The notes under the pieces are model-generated. The model saw only the letters and a list, made by a program, of their open reading frames with translations, was not told the DNA's origin and made no database searches. From contig JBAZWG010000001.1 in NCBI GenBank assembly GCA_041660505.1, positions 375,183 to 439,182 of the forward strand: a stretch of DNA of 64,000 nt, given 5' to 3'. Position 1 is the first letter of the stretch. Every line of letters starts with the position of its first letter. Source of the stretch: Minisyncoccota bacterium (lineage in GTDB: Bacteria > Patescibacteriota > Minisyncoccia > Phycocordibacterales > JACRKE01). This document shows positions 21,372-31,666 of the stretch, piece by piece. Position numbers and translations under genes: made by a program.

Positions 21372-22160
21372 TTATCGTATCTCGTAGCGTAACGTTACGT
21401 CCACGACGATGTCCTGCGAACCCGCCTCGATAGTCGGTGACGGAGCAGACGCACCGCCAAAGCCAACTTCCGCCTTGCTCATCATCGGCGCGTAATCATA
21501 ATACGATCTGCCGCCGCCTTCATCCACGCCAAGCAATCGGCCGAGTGAGAATCCGCCGGCCTTAGCCATGGCCTGCGCTTTGACGCGGGCTTTCTCGATG
21601 GCCTCATCACGGGCAACGGTCTTAAGCGCATCGGGGTCCTCTACGGTAAAGGAGAGACCGGAAACATTGTTGGCGCCCAGATTAGCCACGCCTCCGAGTA
21701 GGTCGCTGATCTTACTGAAATCGCGCACCTTAACCGATACTGACTGCGATACTGTATAGCCGGTAATTTCAGAAGGTGGGCAGGGCTTGACGGCGCCCGA
21801 ACTGTCAACAGTGCGGTAACAATTATAGGTCGTGTATCGCGGCGAGATATTATACGAATCGGTCTTGATATCCTTAGCCTCGACATCATTGGTCTTCAAG
21901 AACGCGATTATCTTATTGCCTTTATCGGTATTGTCCTTCTGGAGTTTGGCGATATCTTTACCGCCTTCGTTTATTACAGAATATGAGAACTGCGCAATAT
22001 CGGGTATGGCCACCACTTTACCCTCGCCGCTCACGCTGACGGAATTCATCGCCGGCGCAATATAACGGAATGTCCCGGCGAAGCTGACGAGCCCATAGGC
22101 AAGCGCCAGTACCGCGACAATAGCGGAGATACCAAACCAATTTTTGATGTTGTTCGACAT
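21372..22160 (-). CDS. SIMPL-domain (DUF541) periplasmic protein
   Basis: N-terminal signal/TM, then a DUF541/SIMPL-like sequence pattern (…SVSGEGKV…KAQAMAKAGGFSLG…). Start taken at internal Met (MSNNIKNWF…). Confidence 0.75.
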   Translation of the reverse strand: MSNNIKNWFGISAIVAVLALAYGLVSFAGTFRYIAPAMNSVSVSGEGKVVAIPDIAQFSYSVINEGGKDIAKLQKDNTDKGNKIIAFLKTNDVEAKDIKTDSYNISPRYTTYNCYRTVDSSGAVKPCPPSEITGYTVSQSVSVKVRDFSKISDLLGGVANLGANNVSGLSFTVEDPDALKTVARDEAIEKARVKAQAMAKAGGFSLGRLLGVDEGGGRSYYDYAPMMSKAEVGFGGASAPSPTIEAGSQDIVVDVTLRYEIR

Positions 22161-22235
22161 AATATTATAGTTAATCTTAATGCCAAGAATATAGCACAAA
22201 GCAGTGTTTTATGATAGTATTCTGAAGATATATTA

Positions 22236-22306
22236 CGGGCTGTAGTATACCGGTAGTACGTGCGATTCGGGTTCGTAAAGACCGGGTTCGATTCCCGGCA
22301 GCCCGA
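22236..22306 (+). tRNA. tRNA-Pro (anticodon CGG)
   Basis: 5' 25 nt and 3' 28 nt identical to tRNA-Pro(GGG) at 21253; anticodon loop TTCGGGT. Confidence 0.8.
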
Positions 22307-22312
22307 CCAGGA

Positions 22313-22822
22313 TTAATGCCGAAACCCAATCTGCGGTTTTGGGCTCTCCTCTTCTTCCAGAAAACGCTTGAGCGCTTCGAACACAACGCGGAAGTTTTTG
22401 TCATATTTGGCCTCCATCGCTTCGATCTTTTCTTTCAGCTCGCGATAGCTCATGAGCATTTCGCGAAGCTGGGTGAACGTGCGAATGATCTGGATGTTAA
22501 CTTGCACGGCCCTCTTGCTTTTGAGCACCGAGGATAGCATGGCAACTCCTTGCTCGGTGAATGCATAGGGCAGGTATTTTCTGTGCTGGCCTTGCCCTTT
22601 CTTTAAGGTCACAATTTGTGATCTTAGACGTTCGTCCTCAAACTTCGATATCTGAAACATAAAATCTGCGGGAAATCTCTCAGAATTTCGTTTAACCGCT
22701 TGAGTGAGAGCTCGTATTTCCACTCCATACAATGCCGCTAAGTCACGATCAAGCATTACTTTATGGCCACGAAGTACAAAGATAGTTCTAACAATTCTTT
22801 CCGTGGGAATAAGCTTGAGCAT
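22313..22822 (-). CDS. ORF6N-domain protein (phage/mobile-element associated DNA-binding family)
   Basis: MLKLIPTERIVRTIFVLRGHKVMLDRDLAALYGVEIRALTQAVKRNSERFP…AFTEQGVAMLSSVLKSKRAVQVNIQIIRTF matches the ORF6N/KilA-N-like pattern. Start at internal ATG, overlapping the ABC exporter stop with GGAG at -9. Confidence 0.7.
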   Translation of the reverse strand: MLKLIPTERIVRTIFVLRGHKVMLDRDLAALYGVEIRALTQAVKRNSERFPADFMFQISKFEDERLRSQIVTLKKGQGQHRKYLPYAFTEQGVAMLSSVLKSKRAVQVNIQIIRTFTQLREMLMSYRELKEKIEAMEAKYDKNFRVVFEALKRFLEEEESPKPQIGFRH

Positions 22823-22823
22823 G

Positions 22824-24635
22824 TTATTTTTTCTCCTCTTCCACCTCATCCGGAATAAATCCGCCGGCTTGGAGCTTCCAGAGTTTCTTATACAAGCCTT
22901 GGCGTTTGCGAGTGAGTGACTCATGCGTGCCGTCTTCTACTATTTTACCATCGTCCATCACGATTATTCTGTCCATTTTTCGGATGGTGGAGAGGCGGTG
23001 AGCTATCACTATCGTCGTGTGGCCCTTCATTAGTTTATCTAGTGCGTCTTGAATGAGCATTTCAGAATGTGAGTCTAGTGATGACGTCGCTTCATCAAGC
23101 ACGAGTATCGGTGCGTTCTTCAACATCGCTCGGGCGATAGCCACGCGCTGGCGCTCCCCACCAGAGAGCTTGATACCGCGCTCACCCACAAAGGTGTCAT
23201 AACCGTCTGGTAATGCCGAAATAAATTCGTGGCAATGCGCCATCTTGGCCGCTTCATAAACTTCCTCATCGGTCGCATTCTGCTTGCCGTATCTGATATT
23301 CTCCATAAGTGTGCGGTGGAAGAGTATCGGGTCTTGCGGCACGAGGCTCACCGCGTTGCGCAGACTGTCTTGAGTCACTTTCTCGATATTCTGTCCGTCT
23401 ATCAAAATTTCTCCGCTTGTGACGTTGTAGAATCTAAAGAGTAATTTAACGAGAGTAGACTTCCCCGCTCCTGAAGGCCCGACGAGTGCCACCCTCTCCC
23501 CGGGCTTTATGGTGATATTAATATGGTCGAGCACCGATCGATTCTCGTGATAAAAGAAGACGGTGTCATTAAACTCTATTTTACCTTCATGTACTTTGAG
23601 ACCTTTCGCGTGAGGTGCGTCTTTTATCTCATGCGGTGTGTTGAGTATCCCCACCATTTCTTGAGCATCGGCGATAGAGTGATACGTCGCACGGATAGCT
23701 CGGCCGAAATTCCAGGTGTTATTGGTTACGCGCTGGAAATATGTTTGGGCCAGAATAAATGTGCCGATCGTAATAGAGCCGGTCTGCCAATATTTGATGC
23801 CATAGTAGAAAAGGAAGAATTCTATAATAAGAATCAGCCCTGATTGTACGGCCTCAATAACAGAGTCGATGTTCCAAGTAAAACGTGAAATATTGCACCA
23901 AGACTGATTGATTTTCTTAAACAAACCGAGCTCGAACAACGAACCGGAGAAGCTCTGGATAGTAGTATGGTTGGTGATAGCGTCGGCGAGCGATGCTGTG
24001 ACCTCCGAATCTTTTGCTGATTTCTCGGTATCGTATTTTATTTTTAAGAATGACGCCGAGAGTTGCATCAGCATTATGGCGAGAACACCTATACCGACCA
24101 CCGAGGCGAGCACCGTGTTGAAGTACCAGATACCGGTAAGCGTGCCGACTATCTGGATAAAGAGAGACAGGAAATCCCAAACTATGCGGTCGCCTACGTT
24201 GTCGTAAGAGTTGGCATAACGGTTAACTCTCTGTACCAACGACCCGGCAAAGTTGTCTGAGAAAAATCCGTAAGAGTGGTGCATTAAATACTCGAAGGCT
24301 TCATTACGCAAGTCGCGCATGACCCCGGATTGGAAATATACTTGGAGAAAGGTCGCTGTGCGCCAACCGAGCCAAGAAATAAGGTTTAGCCCCAATATAG
24401 TGAACACGATAGCCATGAGCTGTCCGACAAGATTCGGTTCCGATACCGATTTAGTTAGCAAATCAACAAACTCCTTGTAATACAGCACTATTACGAGGTT
24501 CACGATGTACGCTATTGTTGAAGCGGTGACTATACCCAGAGCCCACCATTTGCGTCGCATCGTCGCGCGCCAGTATCGGCTCAAAACCTGCCGGACGGTT
24601 GCTGTCGGCTTTTTATTTTTATCCGATTTTTCCAT
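22824..24635 (-). CDS. ABC transporter, fused permease/ATP-binding exporter (MsbA-like)
   Basis: 6-TM N-domain plus Walker A GPSGAGKST, signature LSGGERQRVAIARAML, Walker B ILVLDEATS. Confidence 0.9.
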   Translation of the reverse strand: MEKSDKNKKPTATVRQVLSRYWRATMRRKWWALGIVTASTIAYIVNLVIVLYYKEFVDLLTKSVSEPNLVGQLMAIVFTILGLNLISWLGWRTATFLQVYFQSGVMRDLRNEAFEYLMHHSYGFFSDNFAGSLVQRVNRYANSYDNVGDRIVWDFLSLFIQIVGTLTGIWYFNTVLASVVGIGVLAIMLMQLSASFLKIKYDTEKSAKDSEVTASLADAITNHTTIQSFSGSLFELGLFKKINQSWCNISRFTWNIDSVIEAVQSGLILIIEFFLFYYGIKYWQTGSITIGTFILAQTYFQRVTNNTWNFGRAIRATYHSIADAQEMVGILNTPHEIKDAPHAKGLKVHEGKIEFNDTVFFYHENRSVLDHINITIKPGERVALVGPSGAGKSTLVKLLFRFYNVTSGEILIDGQNIEKVTQDSLRNAVSLVPQDPILFHRTLMENIRYGKQNATDEEVYEAAKMAHCHEFISALPDGYDTFVGERGIKLSGGERQRVAIARAMLKNAPILVLDEATSSLDSHSEMLIQDALDKLMKGHTTIVIAHRLSTIRKMDRIIVMDDGKIVEDGTHESLTRKRQGLYKKLWKLQAGGFIPDEVEEEKK

Positions 24636-24657
24636 CGGAATATTATACTACGAAATT

Positions 24658-25530
24658 CTATCTCTCGTCACGTTCGTTATCGAAGATGAAAAGTAGTTTT
24701 TCTACTTCTGATTGTTCATTACCGGAGAGGGCTGTCGATTTTCGTGTAACATACGCCGCCAGGTCGTCTATGTGCGCGGAGGTAAATACTTCCAGCCCAT
24801 CTTTGTTATCAATAAGTTCATCTATGAGTCTGTGTTCAAATTTTTGTGCCGCTACTAAAATTTGTGCCAATTCAGGCGCTCTCGTTATCGGCCCGCGCAG
24901 GCGCACAATACGGATAATCTCGCAGAATGCCGCCGCCATCTCCCCCGCGCAATAGTATCTATCGTATGATTTGCGCTTCGTCCAGCGCACGATCTCTCTG
25001 AATGCTTTTTCTATTTCATCTTTTGTCACCGGTATCCGTTCCTTAGTCTCCAAGGGAGGCAGGTTGGGGAATCTGGTGTGCGCATGGGAGCGCGAGCCGG
25101 ACTCGGATGCTGCTATTCTTACAACATCCAGATCAGCGGTTAGTGGCTTTTTATATTGCGCTTGAATATTCGCGTATGAAACTAGGGGCGGAGTGATAGC
25201 GTTCTCCTCGACTTCCCGCCGACTAGGAGGTCCGCCAGTGAGGCGGGAGCTATCCCAGAGCAGGGCGAGCGCCACCATATGCTTGCACACTTCCCCACCC
25301 ACATACGGGCAATCACAAAGGTGCATCAGCTTGCCGGCGACGAATTGCAATTTAACTTTATAAGGCTTGGAGCCGAGAGCTAGACCATCAGCCTTGGTAT
25401 CAGAATATTCACGCAAGCGAACAGACCCCTTCTCAATACACGACTCCCCGCGGAGCCACACCTCTTCATAGGTAATCGGTAACAACATGTGGGCAACTGA
25501 TTTGGAGCTCATGTGGCTAGTATAGTACAC
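24658..25530 (-). CDS. SWIM zinc-finger domain protein
   Basis: CxCx(n)CxH motif (LCDCPYVGGEVCKHMVALAL) typical of SWIM. 290 aa. Confidence 0.65.
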   Translation of the reverse strand: MYYTSHMSSKSVAHMLLPITYEEVWLRGESCIEKGSVRLREYSDTKADGLALGSKPYKVKLQFVAGKLMHLCDCPYVGGEVCKHMVALALLWDSSRLTGGPPSRREVEENAITPPLVSYANIQAQYKKPLTADLDVVRIAASESGSRSHAHTRFPNLPPLETKERIPVTKDEIEKAFREIVRWTKRKSYDRYYCAGEMAAAFCEIIRIVRLRGPITRAPELAQILVAAQKFEHRLIDELIDNKDGLEVFTSAHIDDLAAYVTRKSTALSGNEQSEVEKLLFIFDNERDER

Positions 25531-25560
25531 TGTATTTACTTATCAACTTAATAGAAAAAT

Positions 25561-26841
25561 ATGATTGAAGGATTCAGTAAGTGGCTAGCGGGGTTAACCG
25601 TAGCGGCCAGCGCGCCATTCACAGCACAAGTATCACAGCCTTTAATGCCGCCGCCCACAGACGGTACGCTCCCCCCGCCGATGAATGAGCCCTTGCCTCC
25701 TAGGGATTCAACAGATGGTGGCGCCTTTATGCCGAACTCTCCCGACGGCGGGCAAAACTTCCAAATGCAACAGCCATTCCAAGGAACACAACAGTTCCAA
25801 CCAATGCAACCAGATCAATCTTTTCAACCTTCCCAGCCGAGACAGCCGATGATGCCTCAAGGTGGCTTCGATGACAGGTCCGGGAATCAAGGATTCCCCG
25901 GTGAACAATTTAATAATCAAGGCGGGCAAGGAGGACAAGGAGGAAATGAACGACAGATGCAGCCAAATCGACCTAAACCCAATATGGCACAAGCCTTCAA
26001 AGGCCCGGAGCAGATGATCAAACAGATGGAGACCAAAATAAAGAGCCTAAAAGCGAAGAATGTCTCCATCCCTGCCAACATCGAGCAGACAATATCGGAA
26101 GTTAAAGTTCTTATTGCTTCAGCAAAGGAGAGTTCTTCTAATGAAGATTCGGATCCGAGTGATGCAATGTCTGATGTTCAAGATAAAATGCAGGATCTGC
26201 AAGATGTGTTCCCTCAATTACAGATGCTCGGCGAGTGGCCAAGAATAGAGAAGCAAGCGACCAAACAGCTCGCCATGATGAAGAAGGAATTCGAACGCTC
26301 CAAGAAACAGGCGCTTAAGTCAAAAATCGACGTGAGCTCGATAGTGGCCAGAGTGGAGACGAGCTTAGCGGAAATAGAAAAGAGTATAGCCGACGCCAAG
26401 GCACAGGCCTCTGCGGGGAATATCGAGGATGCCATGGATTCCCTCCGCGATAGCGTCTTCGAAGCTTCCGATGATTTGCGTGACCAGTTCAGAATACTCG
26501 AGAGTATGGGTAATGTTGGCAGAATTTATACTCGCATATCTAAGGATATCGCTTCGTTCGAGAAGGAGGTGAAAAGATTGGCGAAGCAAAAAGATCCGGA
26601 GACCGGCGAGCTTCGCGACGTCAGCAAGCTTAATGAGCTTGTTGTGGAAGCCAAGAATTTCGTCGCCGATATTAAATCCAAGATAGATTCCAAGGCGGAG
26701 CCAGAAGAGATCTTCGATGCCTTGTCAGATGGCGAATCGCTCCAGAATGATATTATGGAAGAAATGTCGCACGTAAAGGGCCAAGACACCGCCATCGACA
26801 AGATGTTCAATCCGGCCTCCGGTTCACAGGGTAAGTTCTAG
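25561..26841 (+). CDS. Secreted Pro/Gln-rich coiled-coil hypothetical protein
   Basis: Signal peptide, P/Q-rich low complexity, C-terminal coiled coil. 426 aa. Confidence 0.55.
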   Translation: MIEGFSKWLAGLTVAASAPFTAQVSQPLMPPPTDGTLPPPMNEPLPPRDSTDGGAFMPNSPDGGQNFQMQQPFQGTQQFQPMQPDQSFQPSQPRQPMMPQGGFDDRSGNQGFPGEQFNNQGGQGGQGGNERQMQPNRPKPNMAQAFKGPEQMIKQMETKIKSLKAKNVSIPANIEQTISEVKVLIASAKESSSNEDSDPSDAMSDVQDKMQDLQDVFPQLQMLGEWPRIEKQATKQLAMMKKEFERSKKQALKSKIDVSSIVARVETSLAEIEKSIADAKAQASAGNIEDAMDSLRDSVFEASDDLRDQFRILESMGNVGRIYTRISKDIASFEKEVKRLAKQKDPETGELRDVSKLNELVVEAKNFVADIKSKIDSKAEPEEIFDALSDGESLQNDIMEEMSHVKGQDTAIDKMFNPASGSQGKF

Positions 26842-26862
26842 ATAATCAATACTTGAACGACA

Positions 26863-26899
26863 AAAAACCGTTCCGGCAAAGTGCCGGAACGGTTTTTTA
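26863..26899. terminator. Bidirectional intrinsic terminator
   Basis: aaaaaa-ccgttccggc-aaagt-gccggaacgg-tttttt. Confidence 0.75.
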
Positions 26900-27078
26900 A
26901 TGTCTTATGTTTATTCTAACGCGCGAAAATCAGCTACGCAACCTCGACAGAACGCTTGCGGACAAGCTTATGCGCAATGCCTTCTATCATCTCCAGCATG
27001 CGCTGTTTTAGAACCTCATTTTCAGAGTTCACCAAGCCCTCTTGCATGTGTTCTTGTGCCATACGTATGCTTTAATAA

Positions 27079-27324
27079 TTAGTTTTTATTGTCTTGTATA
27101 AGCTTCTCCCACTCTTTGTCCTCCTCGGCCTGATACTGCGCCACCTTTTTCTCCAAAAGCTGTGAAAATTCAACCACATCGGAATACGGGAGCTTGGTCA
27201 GCACGTCTTTCATGAGTTCTAGCTCGCTCTGATTCAAGAAATCGAGCGCCTCCATCCACAATTTCTTGTAGTTTTCCGAAAGCGGGCTGCCTCCGATTAA
27301 TTTTTCTACATCTTGTCGCAACAT
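27079..27324 (-). CDS. Small hypothetical protein
   Basis: 81 aa ORF, helical/acidic composition. Confidence 0.4.
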   Translation of the reverse strand: MLRQDVEKLIGGSPLSENYKKLWMEALDFLNQSELELMKDVLTKLPYSDVVEFSQLLEKKVAQYQAEEDKEWEKLIQDNKN

Positions 27325-27411
27325 GATTGTGAATTGTACGCGCCTAAAAATAAATACGCAAGGAAGTTACTCACAAAATGACAGTCCAGCACACGACCGC
27401 AGAACAATCAA

Positions 27412-27490
27412 CCTCACCCCTCCCCCTCTCCGAAAGAGAGGGGTTAAGAAATTCGTTCCCTCCCCTTCGGGGAGGGCTAGGGTGAGGTGG
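27412..27490. repeat. Family-2 nested palindromic element (full form), intergenic
   Basis: Outer IR cctcaccc/gggtgagg enclosing two hairpins ccccctctcc-gaaa-gagagggg and ccctcccc-ttcg-gggaggg. Confidence 0.75.
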
Positions 27491-27492
27491 TC

Positions 27493-28071
27493 TTACAATC
27501 TTTTCTTCGTCTGTCGAACGATAAGCTGTTCGATAAACACAAAGGCGAAGATAGCGATGAGGAAAATATAGCCCGCATTGCGCAGATACTGCTCGCCATC
27601 AGGTAGCCACGAGCCGGCACCGTAGCCTAATCCACCCACGATCAGCATCCAGACGAAGGTGGCGATGATATCGGCACGGAGCAATTCCGGATATGGTATC
27701 TTGAGCGATCCGGCGCGGAGGAGAATCGCATGGTGAAAGCCGTAAGCGAATTTAGAGAAGAAAATAGTATGAAAAGGACGCTCTTTAATATGATTATCAA
27801 AAGGGTGGGTCACCTTGCTCACCCATTTATTAAGCCTGTTGCCGGTCGCGTTGCGAATCCCCTTGCCGAATGAGTACCACACCGCATCGCCGAAGAGCAT
27901 GCAGATGAAGACGGTCATCGCCAAGTTGCCGAGATCGAGATAGCCCAAGCTTGCCACAAAGGCAGCGGTAAAGAGCACGATATCGCCCTCTACAAACATC
28001 CCCACACCCACAATAAAGTAAGCGATAGCCGGCGAAAGAGTAAGATATTGTAATAAAGTCAGATCACCCAT
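27493..28071 (-). CDS. DedA/VTT-family membrane protein
   Basis: 192 aa multi-TM protein with the FVEGD…DedA signature region. Confidence 0.75.
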   Translation of the reverse strand: MGDLTLLQYLTLSPAIAYFIVGVGMFVEGDIVLFTAAFVASLGYLDLGNLAMTVFICMLFGDAVWYSFGKGIRNATGNRLNKWVSKVTHPFDNHIKERPFHTIFFSKFAYGFHHAILLRAGSLKIPYPELLRADIIATFVWMLIVGGLGYGAGSWLPDGEQYLRNAGYIFLIAIFAFVFIEQLIVRQTKKRL

Positions 28072-28136
28072 AAGACACCCCTATTGTACCGCGTTTAGAA
28101 GCAAAAAGAGAAGCTTTCTGTCCACAGAGCGCACCC

Positions 28137-28176
28137 GAAGCTCGGCGTCTGGGAGTGCGACGCCGAGCTTCTTTTG
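28137..28176 (+). terminator. Terminator-like hairpin with no annotated upstream + strand gene
   Basis: gaagctcggcgtc-tgggagtgc-gacgccgagcttc followed by ttttgg. Possibly the 3' end of a small RNA. Confidence 0.4.
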
Positions 28177-28339
28177 GCGCGAACGAGACATATTCTTTCA
28201 TGAGAGAAGGAAAGTAAACCCCACCGCAACCTCCGTTGGTAAACGGCAGGGCGAGGAGAGAGCCCCGACTCGGCAGTACCGGTCGGGATAAATTCCTTCT
28301 CTCGTGAAAAGGCGCGTCGTGGAAAGGTGAGCGCGGGAA

Positions 28340-28375
28340 AAGGTTGAACCTTTTGAATCCCTAAGGTTCAACCTT
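28340..28375. repeat. Family-3 paired palindrome element (AAGGTTSAACCTT-N10-AAGGTTSAACCTT)
   Basis: aaggttgaacctt-ttgaatccct-aaggttcaacctt; same architecture at four other sites. Confidence 0.75.
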
Positions 28376-28789
28376 GAGGAGCGCTTTCTTTATCCAAGAC
28401 CCGCCCATGCATAGAAACTTCATTTTGAACCCGCGACAGAATGTCGTGAACTCAAAAATGGGGGCGAGCAGAAGATGTGCGGTCTTCGTACTCGCCCGAG
28501 TGCCCCGTAACGTGGTGCCTCCGGTTGATTTTCTCGCGCGTGTCGCGCATTGGTAAATCAACGTAAAACAATTAACTGAATTTTAAGAAGTTTCAGTAAA
28601 CTCTCGAGCAACTAACGTGTGCTCTGGTCTAAACGCTCTCTTGAATATGCATTACCCATGCACGCCTCAAGATGAGAAGGGTTTCCCGGGGCCTTTCGGC
28701 CACCAAACCGTTTTTAATTACGATTCGGCACTTCGACGACTGCTCACTTTCCGTGAGTTTGTCGCCGGACTCGCCAAGGAAAGGCGAGT

Positions 28790-29098
28790 TTATTCTCGCT
28801 CTTTTGCCACGAAGGTCCCGTCCTTTTGGACGTGAACTTCGTAAGAGTAACCCCCTTCAGGGTTACCCCGCTGGGTCGCATAACCCAGCTCAAAAGAGAA
28901 CGCCTGACCCAGGACATCGTACAACTCCCGGGTCAGACGTCGAACATCCTCCAGCTTCGAACCAGAGGACATTCCTACGCCGTTCTCTCCGACTTTATAT
29001 CGGGAGAGAACCTCACTCAGCTTTTCGGCCTGAGCTTCCGAAATTGAGTGGTGGACGTCTGTCCACCATTCAATTTCTATATCGTAGTCTGTCGACAT
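28790..29098 (-). CDS. Small hypothetical protein (GC-rich island)
   Basis: 102 aa ORF preceded by the perfect extended SD gaaaggaggtgaatcgagATG. Confidence 0.55.
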   Translation of the reverse strand: MSTDYDIEIEWWTDVHHSISEAQAEKLSEVLSRYKVGENGVGMSSGSKLEDVRRLTRELYDVLGQAFSFELGYATQRGNPEGGYSYEVHVQKDGTFVAKERE

Positions 29099-29403
29099 CT
29101 CGATTCACCTCCTTTCTGCCGATTTTTGCCCTGACCGCCGTCATGGCGAGTCAAGTCGGGCGCGGAGTCTCGGCACCGCAGTGATTGCTCACTAATAAAC
29201 CCGCAATCTTTCGGTTACGAACTTATTAGTGAGGGTGTCCAGCAAGATTGTGCAATCTTGCTGGACACCCTGATGAGCTGGATTTCCGCCAGCTCGCCGG
29301 CGGCAAGGTCTTCCTCTGTGCGAGAGGCAGGTTCTTGCGTCCCTGGCCGTTTATAAATCAAAACGACAAAAACTTTAGAAGCATAAACCTCCATTTCTGC
29401 AGG

Positions 29404-29438
29404 CAAGGTCTCTCCTCCAAGCGGGAGGTGAGTCCTTG
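29404..29438. repeat. Family-1 palindromic element (compact hairpin form), non-coding
   Basis: aaggtctctcctcc-aagcg-ggaggtgagtcctt. Confidence 0.75.
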
Positions 29439-29594
29439 CCTACCATTTGCTCCTACCACGCCGGAGCGTTAAGCGGTTTTGTGTAGGCACTCGCCCATGC
29501 GGATGGCTACCGCATTTCCCTGTGGTCTCGCTCGCGCATTACTGCGGAGTTCCCCACTCACCTCCGGGAACGAAGGGGGCTCACCAGCCAGGTC

Positions 29595-30017
29595 TCAACG
29601 TGCGCACATCGCGCACTTGCCCTGGTAGCCTGTGAGGTGGTGGTCGGGGCAATAAATATTGCCATACTCCGACCCGCACCCACAGCTCGGGCTGTCATGA
29701 GACCAGCCGGTGGGGAGCTTCTGCCCGCTCGACCTGCCGCCTGCCGCTTTTTCATCAGCGGTTTCGACGTGGTCGAGGACGTGAGCAGGAAGCTCCACCT
29801 CCTCGAGGCTCGCGCGCTCGAAAGCACGTCGGCAATCCTCTTCCGAACAGCGGAAGTAGGTGCTGACGCTCTTCTTGAGCTCGGCCGTCTTCAGAGACAG
29901 CGCGAGCTTGAGCGCCGCCAAGGTCTTGAACACCTCGGCGTGCGTAGCCTCGAAGCTCTTGAGCGCGGCCGTTGCTTCGGCCACCTCGCCCAAGAGCTCT
30001 TCGATTTTCTTCATCAT
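29595..30017 (-). CDS. Hypothetical protein with C-terminal Cys/His cluster (GC-rich island)
   Basis: 140 aa ORF, SD aaaggaggtgaatgATG, C-terminus CGCGSEYGNIYCPDHH…CAMC. Confidence 0.55.
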   Translation of the reverse strand: MMKKIEELLGEVAEATAALKSFEATHAEVFKTLAALKLALSLKTAELKKSVSTYFRCSEEDCRRAFERASLEEVELPAHVLDHVETADEKAAGGRSSGQKLPTGWSHDSPSCGCGSEYGNIYCPDHHLTGYQGKCAMCAR

Positions 30018-30131
30018 TCACCTCCTTTCGTGAAGATGCCATTTTTTCGGAACTAACGTGTCCGGGGCTCTGAACGCCTTTCTTTTTTCGATCGCGAAAA
30101 GAAAAGTAAAAAACGATCGGACGTTGCGGCC

Positions 30132-30779
30132 CTACCTCGTGGGGGTGGTCATCCTCACGAGGTAGTCGAGGTACTCCTCCGCCTTTGCGAGGCGAACGAG
30201 CACCTCTGCCCTACCGTTCACCCAGTCGACCCTTGCGGGCTCCTGGGTGAGTCGGTAGAGCACCCAGACGTCCCCGTCAAAGAGGATGGCCGCGGGGTTG
30301 AGCTTCTGCTCCAACCCCCGGATCCGCTCCTCGATCCGGAAGACGCGGCGCCGGAGCGCTTCGCCTTCCCGAATGGCTACCGCCTGTTCGGCGGTGAAGC
30401 GCGGGGGCAGGGCAATGCCCCACACCCGTGCCTCTGCCTCCAGGCGGCGCGCCTCGCGGAGGTAATCCACGAGGGCGCCGCCCTGGACCTCCAGCGGCTC
30501 CTGCTCCCCCGTTTGGGGGTTCAGAATCCGCTGGAACCGGCTGTCGACCCGGCGGCAGTCCCGGTAGTAATACCGGGACTGCCACCCAGGGTGGGCGAGG
30601 TCTAGATACCCTCGCCCCGGGTCAGCGGCCAGGAGCGCCGACGTCCTGGCCGTGAGGAGGATGAAGAGCTGCCGGAGCAACCCCTCATACCTCCTCGGGA
30701 TCCGCCTTTCGGCGCGTTTGCGCGCCAGCGGATCGTTCACGTCGATGGGATTCATAGTACCCATCCTTTCCAAGAGCAC
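30132..30779 (-). CDS. Hypothetical protein (GC-rich island)
   Basis: 215 aa ORF (GTG at 30779, or ATG at 30755 with a partial SD). GC-rich codon usage distinct from the flanks. Confidence 0.45.
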   Translation of the reverse strand: MLLERMGTMNPIDVNDPLARKRAERRIPRRYEGLLRQLFILLTARTSALLAADPGRGYLDLAHPGWQSRYYYRDCRRVDSRFQRILNPQTGEQEPLEVQGGALVDYLREARRLEAEARVWGIALPPRFTAEQAVAIREGEALRRRVFRIEERIRGLEQKLNPAAILFDGDVWVLYRLTQEPARVDWVNGRAEVLVRLAKAEEYLDYLVRMTTPTR

Positions 30780-31333
30780 GTTGCTCCTGAATTTAATCGC
30801 GAAAAAATAATTTTGATTCGTGTGTAAATTCAGAAGCCCTTCAGCTTTTTTGCGGAAAGCGGAAGGGTTCGTGCGAATTATGATATGTGTGCCGTATCAA
30901 AATTCTAATTGTGCCCAATCAGACGCCTGCATATCCGGGACTTTGGATGCTGGGGCAGGCCGCCGACTTGCCGGGGTAGATCGACCCGGCAGCGGCCGGG
31001 GAGTTTCCTGCGCGTTGGGCGCAGGTCTTCTCCCAGTAACTGGCCACGACCTCCTTGGTCGTGGCGATGGCCAATTTGACTTGATAGTCCAATATCCTTT
31101 TATCGAATAAATTTTCTGGTTTCATATATTTGTTATTTATTATTCTAATTCTTCCTTGTTCTCACCACAAGTTTTACTTGCGATGAGAATCAGGAGGAGG
31201 AGCGAGGATACTGTGCAGTATTTCGCTCCCCTCGTGAGTGCTTGTCCCCGTGCAGGGGACCTTTTTTGTGCTCGTTTCTTTTTTCCGAAAAAAGAAACGA
31301 TGCCGAAAGAAAAACTATTTAAGTTTGCGGGGG

Positions 31334-31666
31334 TTAGGCCCGCTTCAGCCCCTTGCAGCCGACGGGCTGGCCGTCGGCGCCCCTGACCAAGTCGCCCGGG
31401 GCGAACACGTCGCCCCGCCCGGCGACTGTCGGGTGAGCGGCCACCAGGCCGCTCACCACGTAACCCACCCCCTCCTCGGGGGCCGGGAGGCCAGTCACCT
31501 CCCCGTAGGAGGCACGGCAGGTGGGGAAGCCTGCCACCTCCTTGTCCGCCACGAAGGTGGCGGCGGTCCGGGCAACCTGCCCGGACGGGTCGATGGACCC
31601 GACCTGGGCGTTCCCGCCCAGGTCTAAAATGTTGATCCGGTGCGGGGTGAGGTTGACGAGACGCAT
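31334..31666 (-). CDS. Hypothetical protein (GC-rich island)
   Basis: 110 aa from MRLVNLTPHRINI…, SD ggaggaaagg 9 nt upstream of ATG. Confidence 0.5.
   Translation of the reverse strand: MRLVNLTPHRINILDLGGNAQVGSIDPSGQVARTAATFVADKEVAGFPTCRASYGEVTGLPAPEEGVGYVVSGLVAAHPTVAGRGDVFAPGDLVRGADGQPVGCKGLKRA

Noticed and set aside
28672-29184. 170-aa + strand ORF in the GC-rich island
   Set aside because: It overlaps the minus-strand 28790-29098 ORF, which has a perfect SD and a non-repetitive protein. The + ORF has Arg/Pro/Ser-rich composition typical of an out-of-frame GC-rich read
29215-29472. Small ORFs 29215-29406(-) and 29248-29472(+)
   Set aside because: They sit in a region dominated by long perfect palindromes and a family-1 element, with no RBS. 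They are more likely non-coding
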